Shown here: positions 8,090 to 16,281 of the stretch, piece after piece | Layout of the letters: each line of letters opens with the position of its first letter | Numbering within the stretch: position 1 is the stretch's first letter | Origin: a virus | Lineage: Duplodnaviria; Caudoviricetes | Virus record (IMG/VR): IMGVR_UViG_3300016722_000008 | Location: 1 to 36,040 of that record | Direction: 5' to 3' (one strand) | DNA length: 36,040 nucleotides | The notes under the pieces: generated by a model | What the model was told of the DNA's origin: nothing | Databases searched by the model: none | What the model saw: only the letters and a program-made list of their open reading frames with translations | Program-made: the position numbers and the translations under genes

Positions 8090-8141
8090 CGGTAGCCGTA
8101 AAAGGCCCCGACTGTCCAGGCCCGGTCCGCCGGCACCTGGA
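8090..8141 (+). promoter_or_regulatory. Two-hairpin leader upstream of the scaffold SD
   Basis: GCC-GTAAAA-GGC (8095-8106) and TCCAGG/CCTGGA (8115-8141) enclosing CCGG-TCCG-CCGG; SD AAGGAG at 8146-8151. Confidence 0.4.
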
Positions 8142-8154
8142 GCGTAAGGAGAAC

Positions 8155-9204
8155 ATGATGGCTGAAGACACAGAACAAAACGAGAACCCCGCAGCGGATG
8201 CCGTCTTCGACGCTCTTTACGGTGATGGCGCTGCAGCAAAGCCCGAAGAACGGTCGGCCGGGCAACCTGCGGCCGCCGATGCAGCGGCTGTTGTCGACAA
8301 CCCGTCGACAGAGACCGCTCCTGCCGAGCCGTCCGAAGCGCCGATGGAAGAGGGGACCTCTCTGGGTGTCACCACACCGGACAACCTCGACCAGACCACT
8401 GCGGACAAACCGGAAACAGCGCCCCAACCCCGGGAAGAAGATCCGGAACAACTCCGAAAAATTCTTTCAACCCAGGAAGGCCGGTTGGCCAAGGCCGAGG
8501 CAGACAAAAAAAATCTGGAAGAGGAACTGACGGCGTTGCGTGGCGCGCCTGGGAAGACATCCCCCTCGGACAGCCGGACCGACGGGGATGCGGAGGAACT
8601 CCAGCCAGCCACCTTGCCGGACAGTCTTGTCGAAGACGCCAGGGAATTTGAGACGCTCTATCCCCATCTGGCGGGGATCCTGCGGCAACCCGGTCCCGAA
8701 GGGGAAAGGGTCCGCCGTGTGCTTGGGGAATCCGGGGCGGATATCGCCGCGCTGGCTGCTGAGAATGTGCTGCTGCGCCAGGAAATCCATGCCGTGGATT
8801 CCGGCGTGAAAACGCGGACGCGGCAGGAACAGCAAGTGCAGCTCGTGACGCGGCATCCTGAAGTGTCCGGCGCGTTCGCTGCCGCCGGAACTTCGGAACG
8901 ACAGGCGGCAGACGCCTTTCTGACCAAGGTTGAAACCTGGATCAATGGTCTGCCCTACGGTGAGGCTGCACCAAAAATGCAGATCTTTAAGAATGGGACG
9001 TTCGAACAGGCAGCAGCCTTGTTTGACACATACAAAACACAAGCAAAGCAACAAGCGCCAAAAGAAACACTCGACGCCACAACGCGCCGCAGGGCCACGG
9101 ATGCAGAAGGGGTGGACAACAATCGTGGTCGTAAACCACCGCTTGATGCCTCGGATAAAAGCAATGCTGACGCGATGTTTGATGAGGTCTATGGCGCGAA
9201 GTAG
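8155..9204 (+). CDS. Capsid scaffolding protein
   Basis: Acidic disordered N-terminus, coiled coil (STQEGRL...), strong SD, located immediately before the major capsid gene. Confidence 0.75.
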   Translation: MMAEDTEQNENPAADAVFDALYGDGAAAKPEERSAGQPAAADAAAVVDNPSTETAPAEPSEAPMEEGTSLGVTTPDNLDQTTADKPETAPQPREEDPEQLRKILSTQEGRLAKAEADKKNLEEELTALRGAPGKTSPSDSRTDGDAEELQPATLPDSLVEDAREFETLYPHLAGILRQPGPEGERVRRVLGESGADIAALAAENVLLRQEIHAVDSGVKTRTRQEQQVQLVTRHPEVSGAFAAAGTSERQAADAFLTKVETWINGLPYGEAAPKMQIFKNGTFEQAAALFDTYKTQAKQQAPKETLDATTRRRATDAEGVDNNRGRKPPLDASDKSNADAMFDEVYGAK

Positions 9205-9212
9205 AGGACAGT

Positions 9213-10235
9213 ATGTCTACAGTTTACGGTGATATTTCTGAAGAAACCGGGGTGGCGCTGGGCGCAAAATTCCTTGAGGTCGGACTTCCGTACCTCATGC
9301 TTTTGAATTTTGCGCAACACGACGTCATGCCGCTCAACAAGTCGAGACGCCTGAAGTTTCGGCGCTATGAGCCCTTGCCGACAATCCCCAAGCCGTTGGT
9401 TGAGGGCGTGACCCCCAAGGCCGGGAAATTGGCGACGACAGATGTCCTTGTGGACCTTGCCCAGTACGGTGACCTTCTGAGTCTGACGGACGTGGTGACC
9501 GACACGCATGAAGATCCCGTCCTGGACATGATGACCACGCGTCTGGGCGAATCCGCTGCCGAGATGTTGGAAAACGTGGCCATTGCCCATTTTCTGGCCG
9601 GCACCAATGTCTTTTACGCCAATGGCTCCTCCCGATCCGCAGTCAACACACTGGTCAGCAAGGCCTTGCTGCGAAGGGCAATTAAAAGCCTCAAGCTCAA
9701 CCGCGCCCAATATCACACCCGCATGCTCAAATCGACGCCGGGGTATGGCACGCAAAGCGTACCTCCCTCGTTCGTCGGATTTTGCCATCCGGCGGTGACC
9801 CCCGATTTGCAGGACCTGCCGGGATTTAAAAAGGTTGAAGACTACGGGGCCCTGTCGCCGTGGGACCATGAAATCGGCGCATTCGAAAACGTCCGGTTTA
9901 TCGAGGAAGATCTGATGCTTCCCTATGAAGACGCCGGCGGCGCGGTGAGTGCCGGTCTGACCTCGACAAGTGGCGTCAAATGCGACGTCTATCCTCTCCT
10001 GATTTTTGGGAAGGATGCGTTCGGGGCTGTGGCGCTCAAGGGCTACAAGTCCCAGGTGGCCGACAGCAAGGGGGCGCGGATTGCCCCTGTGGAAGTCAAA
10101 GTCGTGCAGCCGGATAAAATTGATAAGGCTGATCCGCTCGGCCAACGCGGGTTTGCCGGCTACAAGACATGGTTTGGCTGTGAGATCTTGCAGGACATGT
10201 GGATGACCCGCCTGGAAGTTGCGGCGTCGGAATAA
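9213..10235 (+). CDS. Major capsid protein, N4-gp56 family
   Basis: KFRRY, LVEGVTP, LAQYGD, THEDP, EIGAFENVRF and DPLGQRGFAGYK motifs; SD GAGGA. Confidence 0.92.
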   Translation: MSTVYGDISEETGVALGAKFLEVGLPYLMLLNFAQHDVMPLNKSRRLKFRRYEPLPTIPKPLVEGVTPKAGKLATTDVLVDLAQYGDLLSLTDVVTDTHEDPVLDMMTTRLGESAAEMLENVAIAHFLAGTNVFYANGSSRSAVNTLVSKALLRRAIKSLKLNRAQYHTRMLKSTPGYGTQSVPPSFVGFCHPAVTPDLQDLPGFKKVEDYGALSPWDHEIGAFENVRFIEEDLMLPYEDAGGAVSAGLTSTSGVKCDVYPLLIFGKDAFGAVALKGYKSQVADSKGARIAPVEVKVVQPDKIDKADPLGQRGFAGYKTWFGCEILQDMWMTRLEVAASE

Positions 10236-10247
10236 GGAGACGCGACT

Positions 10248-10709
10248 ATGCTTCGTGGATTGTACGATGGATTCCCTGAGGCTGAACAGGCTGGCGCACT
10301 GCAATATCTGCGTTCCGGGGCGACGACCACCCCGGGCCTGGCCATCAAGGCGGCCGGCAGCCCCGACGTGCAGGCAGCGGCATTTTCCTACTGTCTCGGC
10401 GGGAAATTGTACGCCAAGGCGGCGCAGGCCACGTTGTCTCTGGCGGCACTGGGCACCGTGTCCGCTGGCGCAACCAAAACGGCGTTCCTTGGCATCGACA
10501 AAGGCGGCGCGGTGACCGTGGTTGGTGTGGCGGCCGTCAATGGCGTGACCACGGTTCCGGAACCGGCAGACGGCGTGTGTTGGTTCGGGGCAATTATGGT
10601 GACCACAACAACGGCGGCGTGTGTTGCGGGCACCACGGCGTTGGACGCCGCAGGTTTGACGGTCACGTATATCGGTCTGTCCGGCATCGTGCCGGGCGAC
10701 ATCCTGTAG
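10248..10709 (+). CDS. Putative capsid decoration protein
   Basis: Ala/Thr/Gly/Val-rich beta protein directly after the capsid gene; SD AAGGAG. Confidence 0.6.
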   Translation: MLRGLYDGFPEAEQAGALQYLRSGATTTPGLAIKAAGSPDVQAAAFSYCLGGKLYAKAAQATLSLAALGTVSAGATKTAFLGIDKGGAVTVVGVAAVNGVTTVPEPADGVCWFGAIMVTTTTAACVAGTTALDAAGLTVTYIGLSGIVPGDIL

Positions 10710-10721
10710 GGAGAGAACGCT

Positions 10722-11069
10722 ATGGCGAAAACGACTGATCAAACCACGGCAACGGAAAGCCCCGCTGTCACTGAAAAGCGCTACCGGGTCATTATCAATT
10801 CCGAGGCCAGACCGGGTGGTGACTCCAGAGTTACTTTGGTCCTCAATGGCAAAGTGACCTCGATTGCCAGAGACAAAGAGGTGTTGCTCACGGAAGGACA
10901 GATCGAGGTGCTGCGGAACGCGCAAAACCGTGGCTATGAAATATCCGACTCCGGGGAAATGAAGACCGTCGAAGGTCGGCGGCGATTCCCATATTCCGTC
11001 CTTGGAGAGGCGACCGAACCCGTCGCAACCGCGGCGGCCTCCGAGACGGAAGGCAATGCGGCTTCCTGA
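10722..11069 (+). CDS. Hypothetical virion-module protein
   Basis: SD GGGAG; LNGK...I.R..EV.L....EVL.NA...RFPYS pattern often found after N4-gp56-like capsid genes. Confidence 0.65.
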   Translation: MAKTTDQTTATESPAVTEKRYRVIINSEARPGGDSRVTLVLNGKVTSIARDKEVLLTEGQIEVLRNAQNRGYEISDSGEMKTVEGRRRFPYSVLGEATEPVATAAASETEGNAAS

Positions 11070-11904
11070 CCTGCTCATCGCGGTGCGTCGGGTGCTCCGG
11101 GATCCGGATATCGAGGATGCCGAGCTGATCGACTACGCCAACGAGGTCCTGGCGGCGGCCGCCAGACGGGTGTTCCTGCCCGATCTGGAGGCCGCCGCCG
11201 TTGTTGTCGTTCCGGCCGGGGCCATGGCCGCGCCGCTACCGGGCGACTTCCAGCGCGAACTCTTCTCGGCCCGGAACAGCGACGGCCATATGCTCCGGGT
11301 GACCGGACGCGGCGATATCGAACGGCTGCGCCGGACACCGCCATCGGCCGGGACCATCCAGGTTGTGGCCGCCGCAGGGGAAGGGACACTCCTGGTCTGG
11401 CCGCCGTCCCAAAGCGATGCAGCCGTCTTCCTCGGCTATTTTCGTCGCCCCCACACCCTGGAGCAAACAGCCGGGGAGATTGCCTTCGCCGCCGCGACCC
11501 GGACGCTGTCTGCGACCGATCCTGTCTTTCGACGGTTGCGTCCCGGCGACACGTTCACGACGGACAGCGTCGCCAACAGCGGTTCCTTCACCGTGGTGTC
11601 CGCCACGGAGACCACATGCGTGGTGGCTGAGGTCGTGGTTGATGCGGCGGCCTCGCTGGTCAATATCGCGGCCACGGCCATCGAAGGCATTCCGTTCGAG
11701 CAGCGGCGCAACCTGCTGGTCAACGGCGTCCTGGCCCTGGCCTATGAGACCAAGGAAGACGCCAGGGACAGCAAACCGAATTGTGATCGATTCCGAACGC
11801 TGACCGAAACCGCCATGAAGGATCTCAAGCGGGCCGTCAATGCGACCGGCTATCGTGCGCCGACAGCCCAACCTTCCACCGTGCAGTTTCGGAGCCTTTG
11901 CTGA
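11056..11904 (+). CDS. Head-tail adaptor protein with an inserted beta-rich domain
   Basis: ATG 11056; helical N-terminus (LIDYANE), LP.DF, LLVWPPS, Y.R.P and a helical C-terminus typical of adaptors. Confidence 0.65.
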   Translation: MRLPDLLIAVRRVLRDPDIEDAELIDYANEVLAAAARRVFLPDLEAAAVVVVPAGAMAAPLPGDFQRELFSARNSDGHMLRVTGRGDIERLRRTPPSAGTIQVVAAAGEGTLLVWPPSQSDAAVFLGYFRRPHTLEQTAGEIAFAAATRTLSATDPVFRRLRPGDTFTTDSVANSGSFTVVSATETTCVVAEVVVDAAASLVNIAATAIEGIPFEQRRNLLVNGVLALAYETKEDARDSKPNCDRFRTLTETAMKDLKRAVNATGYRAPTAQPSTVQFRSLC

Positions 11905-12827
11905 TGCTGCGCCTGCCATTTACCGTCTGCCTGGGGTTGGACAACCGGAGCGCCCCACGGGCTGTGACCTATAGCCCCCGATCCGGAACATGGGCCGCCG
12001 CAGCGCTGGCCGGTTGTGACGTCGTCGACGCCGGCCAGCGCATCATACCAAGTCCTGGAAAATCCCTGGCGTTGGCCGGGGATTTCCGCAGCGCCTACCA
12101 GGATGGTGACAGGGTCTATGTGGCTTCTGGCGATACCCTGTGCCGGGTGGTCAAATCCGATACGGGCCTGGCTCTGCTGCCGCTTGTGGCCGGTTTGACG
12201 ACGGGCGAACGGCTGGCCTGGGCCAAGCTCGGAGAGCGGGTGTTCTGGAGCAACGGCGTCCAGAAAGGGCTTTTTTACAACGGCGACCCCAGGCCCTGGG
12301 GCGGCCAGCCGTTTTCCAGCGACGCCCGGGAGGATGCCGCATACACGCCGCCGCCAGCCGGAACGGTGCTGGCCGGGTTCGCCGGCCGGATCTGGATTGG
12401 TGTCGACAACCTGCTTTACTTCACGGTTTTCGGCCGCTTTAACCACGTCAAAGCCGGCTTCAACCATCTGCCGCAGTCGTCGCGGGTGCGTATGATCGTG
12501 CCTGTGGACGATGGCTTTTATGTGGGCACCGACGACCGCGTGACCTTCCAGTTCGGATTTGACCCGGGTGCGTTGCGCCAGGTCGTCGTCTCCGATGATC
12601 CTCCCATCCCTGGCGCCTTTGCACCGATCCGCAGCGAAGAGGTGACAGGCAAATTCCAGCCGTCTGGCGCGGCCATCTGGCTGACGCGTCATGGGTGTGT
12701 CGTATTGGGATTGCCGGGCGGCATCGTCATGAACCTTACAAAAAATCGTGTGGCGCTGGATGTGACGCCGGAATGGGGTGCGGCCCTGGTCTCGGCGCGC
12801 CGCATCGTTTTCACACTGCGCCCATAG
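11904..12827 (+). CDS. Putative tail nozzle / beta-propeller protein
   Basis: TGATG overlap with the adaptor; GLDN N-terminus and repeated beta-blade patterns (RVFWSNG, GRIWIG, GFYVGT, AIWLT..G). Confidence 0.6.
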   Translation: MLRLPFTVCLGLDNRSAPRAVTYSPRSGTWAAAALAGCDVVDAGQRIIPSPGKSLALAGDFRSAYQDGDRVYVASGDTLCRVVKSDTGLALLPLVAGLTTGERLAWAKLGERVFWSNGVQKGLFYNGDPRPWGGQPFSSDAREDAAYTPPPAGTVLAGFAGRIWIGVDNLLYFTVFGRFNHVKAGFNHLPQSSRVRMIVPVDDGFYVGTDDRVTFQFGFDPGALRQVVVSDDPPIPGAFAPIRSEEVTGKFQPSGAAIWLTRHGCVVLGLPGGIVMNLTKNRVALDVTPEWGAALVSARRIVFTLRP

Positions 12828-12840
12828 CAAGGAGAGACCC

Positions 12841-13299
12841 ATGGCTTTACGGCTTTCCACCGGACTGAGGGACAAGATTCTCGGTTCACAAAGCTTTCAG
12901 GATATTATGGCCAATGGCGTTATCCGCATCTTTTCCGGTGTGCAGCCGGCCAGCGCCGACGACACGGAAAGCACCACGCCACTCCTTGAAATTACAGTAG
13001 GAAGCGGCGCATTCACTCCGGGGACGGCCAGTAACGGGTTGAATTTTGCCGAACCATCGAACGGCCAATGCCCCAAAGTCACCACAGAAGTCTGGTCCGG
13101 CGTCGCCTCCGCCACAGGAACCGCCGGCTGGTTCCGCTTTTATGCCAACGACCGCACAACCGGAGCGGATACAACCCATGCCCGTTTTGATGGCTCTGTT
13201 GCGACCTCCGGAGCCCAGCTCAACATGAGTTCCACAGCGATTACCGCTGGAGCCACGACGACCATTGACAGCTTCGTCGTGTCCATGCCGGCCAGTTAA
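12841..13299 (+). CDS. Small tail/fibre structural protein
   Basis: SD AAGGAG, ATG 12841; IFSG.QP.SAD, GTAGWFR and FDGSV motifs typical of phage fibre-associated subunits. Confidence 0.7.
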   Translation: MALRLSTGLRDKILGSQSFQDIMANGVIRIFSGVQPASADDTESTTPLLEITVGSGAFTPGTASNGLNFAEPSNGQCPKVTTEVWSGVASATGTAGWFRFYANDRTTGADTTHARFDGSVATSGAQLNMSSTAITAGATTTIDSFVVSMPAS

Positions 13300-13311
13300 A
13301 CCAGGTATTCC

Positions 13312-13336
13312 GGGGCCGCCCAGACAAGGCGGCCCC
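13312..13336 (+). terminator. GC-rich 9-bp hairpin (possible terminator or mRNA stabiliser)
   Basis: GGGGCCGCC-CAGACAA-GGCGGCCCC; no clear U-tract follows. Confidence 0.45.
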
Positions 13337-13370
13337 AACTTGTACGGAATCCTTACCAGTTGCGAGGACG

Positions 13371-14822
13371 GTGATGTTTGGAACCTATCCGTATGTTGCG
13401 GGAGAGGTGTGGGCCGGAGTGCGCTACTCCGGCGACATTCAGGCCGGCGTTGAGCGGATAGGGTTGGTCATCCAGCAATTGCAGCTCCTCAAAAATCTGA
13501 ACATCCAGAACCTTCCTCTCTATCAGACTTCCCGTGGTTATGACGACGGATCACAGATCACGGTTTTCCGGCAAGGGAATGTCTACTCTGCGGCAGTGTA
13601 TGTCCCGCCAAAATCCACGATTAAAATACCAGCGTTAGAAAAAGGGCAGGTTTATTGGATTCCTGGATGCGTGGCGCGCTATGACGCAGCAGTTCTTTCT
13701 TCTCTCGCCAAGTCAGACGCCCTGCATTGGATAAATTCCATACCGACAGGCACACTTTCCAAAGAAGTTCTGCGCTATAGATCCGACGTTTCCTTGAGCG
13801 CAAGGCAGGCTTGCGGATTGCCGGTCATGCAAAGCATGCCAGAAGCAGGGATCACGCGAGATGGTGGTGTTTTCAAATGTTCTGGTGGGGTAAATTCCGG
13901 AATGTATCTTTCAAAGGAACATATGCCAGACGAGGCCATATTTTCCTTTTCCTGCGCATTTCGTCTGCATAAAAAACTCGAGTACGATTATACTTTTGAC
14001 GAGAAGGGCGTGCTCAACCCGGTTCGTCCGTATTATTTGAAAAAAAACAATGGAGGACAATGGACATGGGATTGCCCTGGTTCCTTGTCTCCTGTGATTG
14101 GTTGGGCTTCGCCACAATATTTTACAGCAGACTATGAAAAGGTCACCTTCCCATGGTCTCCCTGGAATGACGATTTTACGAAAAAGACTTCCGTCACCGG
14201 ACTCAAAGCTGTGGACATTGCTTGCGCTGATGCGCCGTTGCTCGCTGACAGTTCACCATATTGGGATAAAAAAGATCCACCCAATGCCTACCCATATCCC
14301 AAGGGTTTTATTGTTGGGATGCGTTTTTGTGGACTGTTTATATATAATGGGAATCAATTGTTATGCGGAAGAATAAATGACTTTACGAAACAGTATCAAC
14401 TGTCACCGATCATAACATCTGAAATATCACTGGGGCAATGGTTTCATGCCGTAGTGGTGCAAGGGAAGAACGGGACACTTAATCTTTTTCTGGCAAATGG
14501 CGCGGCCAAAGATACCACGCAATATACGACAATGAGTCAGATTCAAAGCATGACGCCGCCGACAGTTTATGACTCAAAATATGATTATGTATTTTTAGGA
14601 TATAATAGCTGGGATATAAATATATTGACGACGAATGAAAGGATCAGTCACTTCTCCATGAATCCGCAGATAGATATTTGTATTCCTCGATTTTACAGAC
14701 GCGATCTTACAAAGGCAGAAGCCTTATTGCTGCATGTCGAAGCGTTTGGAAAAGTTTTTATCGCGGATGATTTTGAACTTGGACCATTGGAAGCAACAGG
14801 TTTTTCCCCGGTAACGGTATGA
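13371..14822 (+). CDS. Tail-associated protein with probable LamG/concanavalin-like domain
   Basis: GC-richer N-terminal ~80 aa, then an AT-rich body; FSFSCAF and ISLGQWFHAVVV..GTLNLF..G...FYRRDLT resemble LamG folds. Confidence 0.55.
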   Translation: MMFGTYPYVAGEVWAGVRYSGDIQAGVERIGLVIQQLQLLKNLNIQNLPLYQTSRGYDDGSQITVFRQGNVYSAAVYVPPKSTIKIPALEKGQVYWIPGCVARYDAAVLSSLAKSDALHWINSIPTGTLSKEVLRYRSDVSLSARQACGLPVMQSMPEAGITRDGGVFKCSGGVNSGMYLSKEHMPDEAIFSFSCAFRLHKKLEYDYTFDEKGVLNPVRPYYLKKNNGGQWTWDCPGSLSPVIGWASPQYFTADYEKVTFPWSPWNDDFTKKTSVTGLKAVDIACADAPLLADSSPYWDKKDPPNAYPYPKGFIVGMRFCGLFIYNGNQLLCGRINDFTKQYQLSPIITSEISLGQWFHAVVVQGKNGTLNLFLANGAAKDTTQYTTMSQIQSMTPPTVYDSKYDYVFLGYNSWDINILTTNERISHFSMNPQIDICIPRFYRRDLTKAEALLLHVEAFGKVFIADDFELGPLEATGFSPVTV

Positions 14823-15403
14823 AAAAGAAATATCCTGTTTCCCTCCCTGTTCATTTTGCTGGCTTCCCACCGATGTTCAAGGTGACCTGCGGCGCGTCCA
14901 TTCCGTCTCCGTATAGCTATGGAAGCCGTGTCATACTGCATAGAACGCCATTATGTGGAATTGTTCAAGGAGGGTATGAAGAAGGAAAATCCCTTCCTGA
15001 TTTATCCATGATCTACAGCGACACCGGGCAGGATGGAAACTTTGACCTTAAACTCTCATTCTACGGATGGGGCACTTTTTACAAAGACAACGATGATGCG
15101 CCGTATTGTTCTCTTGAAATACGAAAAGGTATAAAAGTTGAAGCGCATGGTATTTCCAAAAAATTTGAGACACATGATATTTGGGAAACCCTTATCCCTG
15201 CCTCAACTGTTTTGACGGACAATCCCATTATAAAAAATATAGCGCTCCTCTATACAGAAAAATCATCAACGCCAGAACCAGCCGATGGATATGTCAGAGT
15301 CTTAAATAAATCAGACATATTTTCGCCATCTCTTTCTGGCGGCATCAGACTCAATGGGACGTTACAGCTCTCCGGCGAAGGTATTGTCTGGTTGAAGTCA
15401 TGA
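14819..15403 (+). CDS. Hypothetical protein (AT-rich tail module)
   Basis: 194-aa ORF with ATGA overlaps on both sides; no family recognised. Confidence 0.6.
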   Translation: MKKKYPVSLPVHFAGFPPMFKVTCGASIPSPYSYGSRVILHRTPLCGIVQGGYEEGKSLPDLSMIYSDTGQDGNFDLKLSFYGWGTFYKDNDDAPYCSLEIRKGIKVEAHGISKKFETHDIWETLIPASTVLTDNPIIKNIALLYTEKSSTPEPADGYVRVLNKSDIFSPSLSGGIRLNGTLQLSGEGIVWLKS

Positions 15404-16281
15404 GTGATCTTCTCATCTTTTACAACGAAAATGGGGAGATTACTTCTTCCGCAGCGGACCCTGCAACAAGACAGTTTTATGCTGATTACCTGCTTATTGA
15501 TAGGCCATTGGATGCTTTTGGCAGCCTGGAAGAAGTGGGGGGATGCGATTGGGATCCTGATGAATATGATTTTTTATTTTCGAACAAAAACACGCTTATT
15601 GGACTTTTTCGAGCTTGCGACATTCAAGCGCAGGAATCCCAACAGATAGCCACCTGGCAGGATAGCAGCGGATGCGGCAACGATATCGTTACCTTAACTG
15701 GAAATGTTGTATATTCAAATAATCTTGTAAAATTAACAACTGCAAAAGGAAATAGAGATATTACTTTTTCAAAAGATCCTGTGCAACCATTGAATAAAAA
15801 ATCAACGACATTTATTGAATTTGAGATAGACAAAATAGCATCAAACAAAGAAGTATTTCTCGTTGAAATACAAGCAGGATTTGTATGGATTGAATTTGAG
15901 TTTGGACATTCAAATGGTACTATAACTTTTTGTTTTAATGATATAGTAGATAACAATGGCTCAAATTATTATCCTGGTGATGTTCTAGATATAGACATAA
16001 CAAATAGCAGAATGTTTTTAACTGTTATTTGTAGTGAAGATAAAACAATATTTCGACTCAATCAGAATATTATAAAATCAATTGACATGCCACAGGTTGC
16101 ATGGAGCTGGCAGTCGGGCTTTTGGGTCTCTCCGACAATCGGGGGACGCATCTGGCACGAAGGAAAAGAATATGGAACGACGCTGAGCCTCGCGAATATT
16201 ATTTCTTTTTCGACAACGTTATCGGAAAGCGATTGCCTGAACATTGAATCTTTTCTCATGAAAAGATTTAGCAATGGCTAA
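15400..16281 (+). CDS. LamG/lectin-like putative receptor-binding protein
   Basis: IATWQDSSGCGND and C-terminal LSESDCLNIESFLMKRF match the ends of phage LamG-like domains; the central part is very AT-rich. Confidence 0.55.
   Translation: MSDLLIFYNENGEITSSAADPATRQFYADYLLIDRPLDAFGSLEEVGGCDWDPDEYDFLFSNKNTLIGLFRACDIQAQESQQIATWQDSSGCGNDIVTLTGNVVYSNNLVKLTTAKGNRDITFSKDPVQPLNKKSTTFIEFEIDKIASNKEVFLVEIQAGFVWIEFEFGHSNGTITFCFNDIVDNNGSNYYPGDVLDIDITNSRMFLTVICSEDKTIFRLNQNIIKSIDMPQVAWSWQSGFWVSPTIGGRIWHEGKEYGTTLSLANIISFSTTLSESDCLNIESFLMKRFSNG

Noticed and set aside
13371-16281. Diversity-generating retroelement target or invertible tail cassette
   Set aside because: No reverse transcriptase, TR/VR repeat pair, invertase or inverted crossover sites seen in the window.
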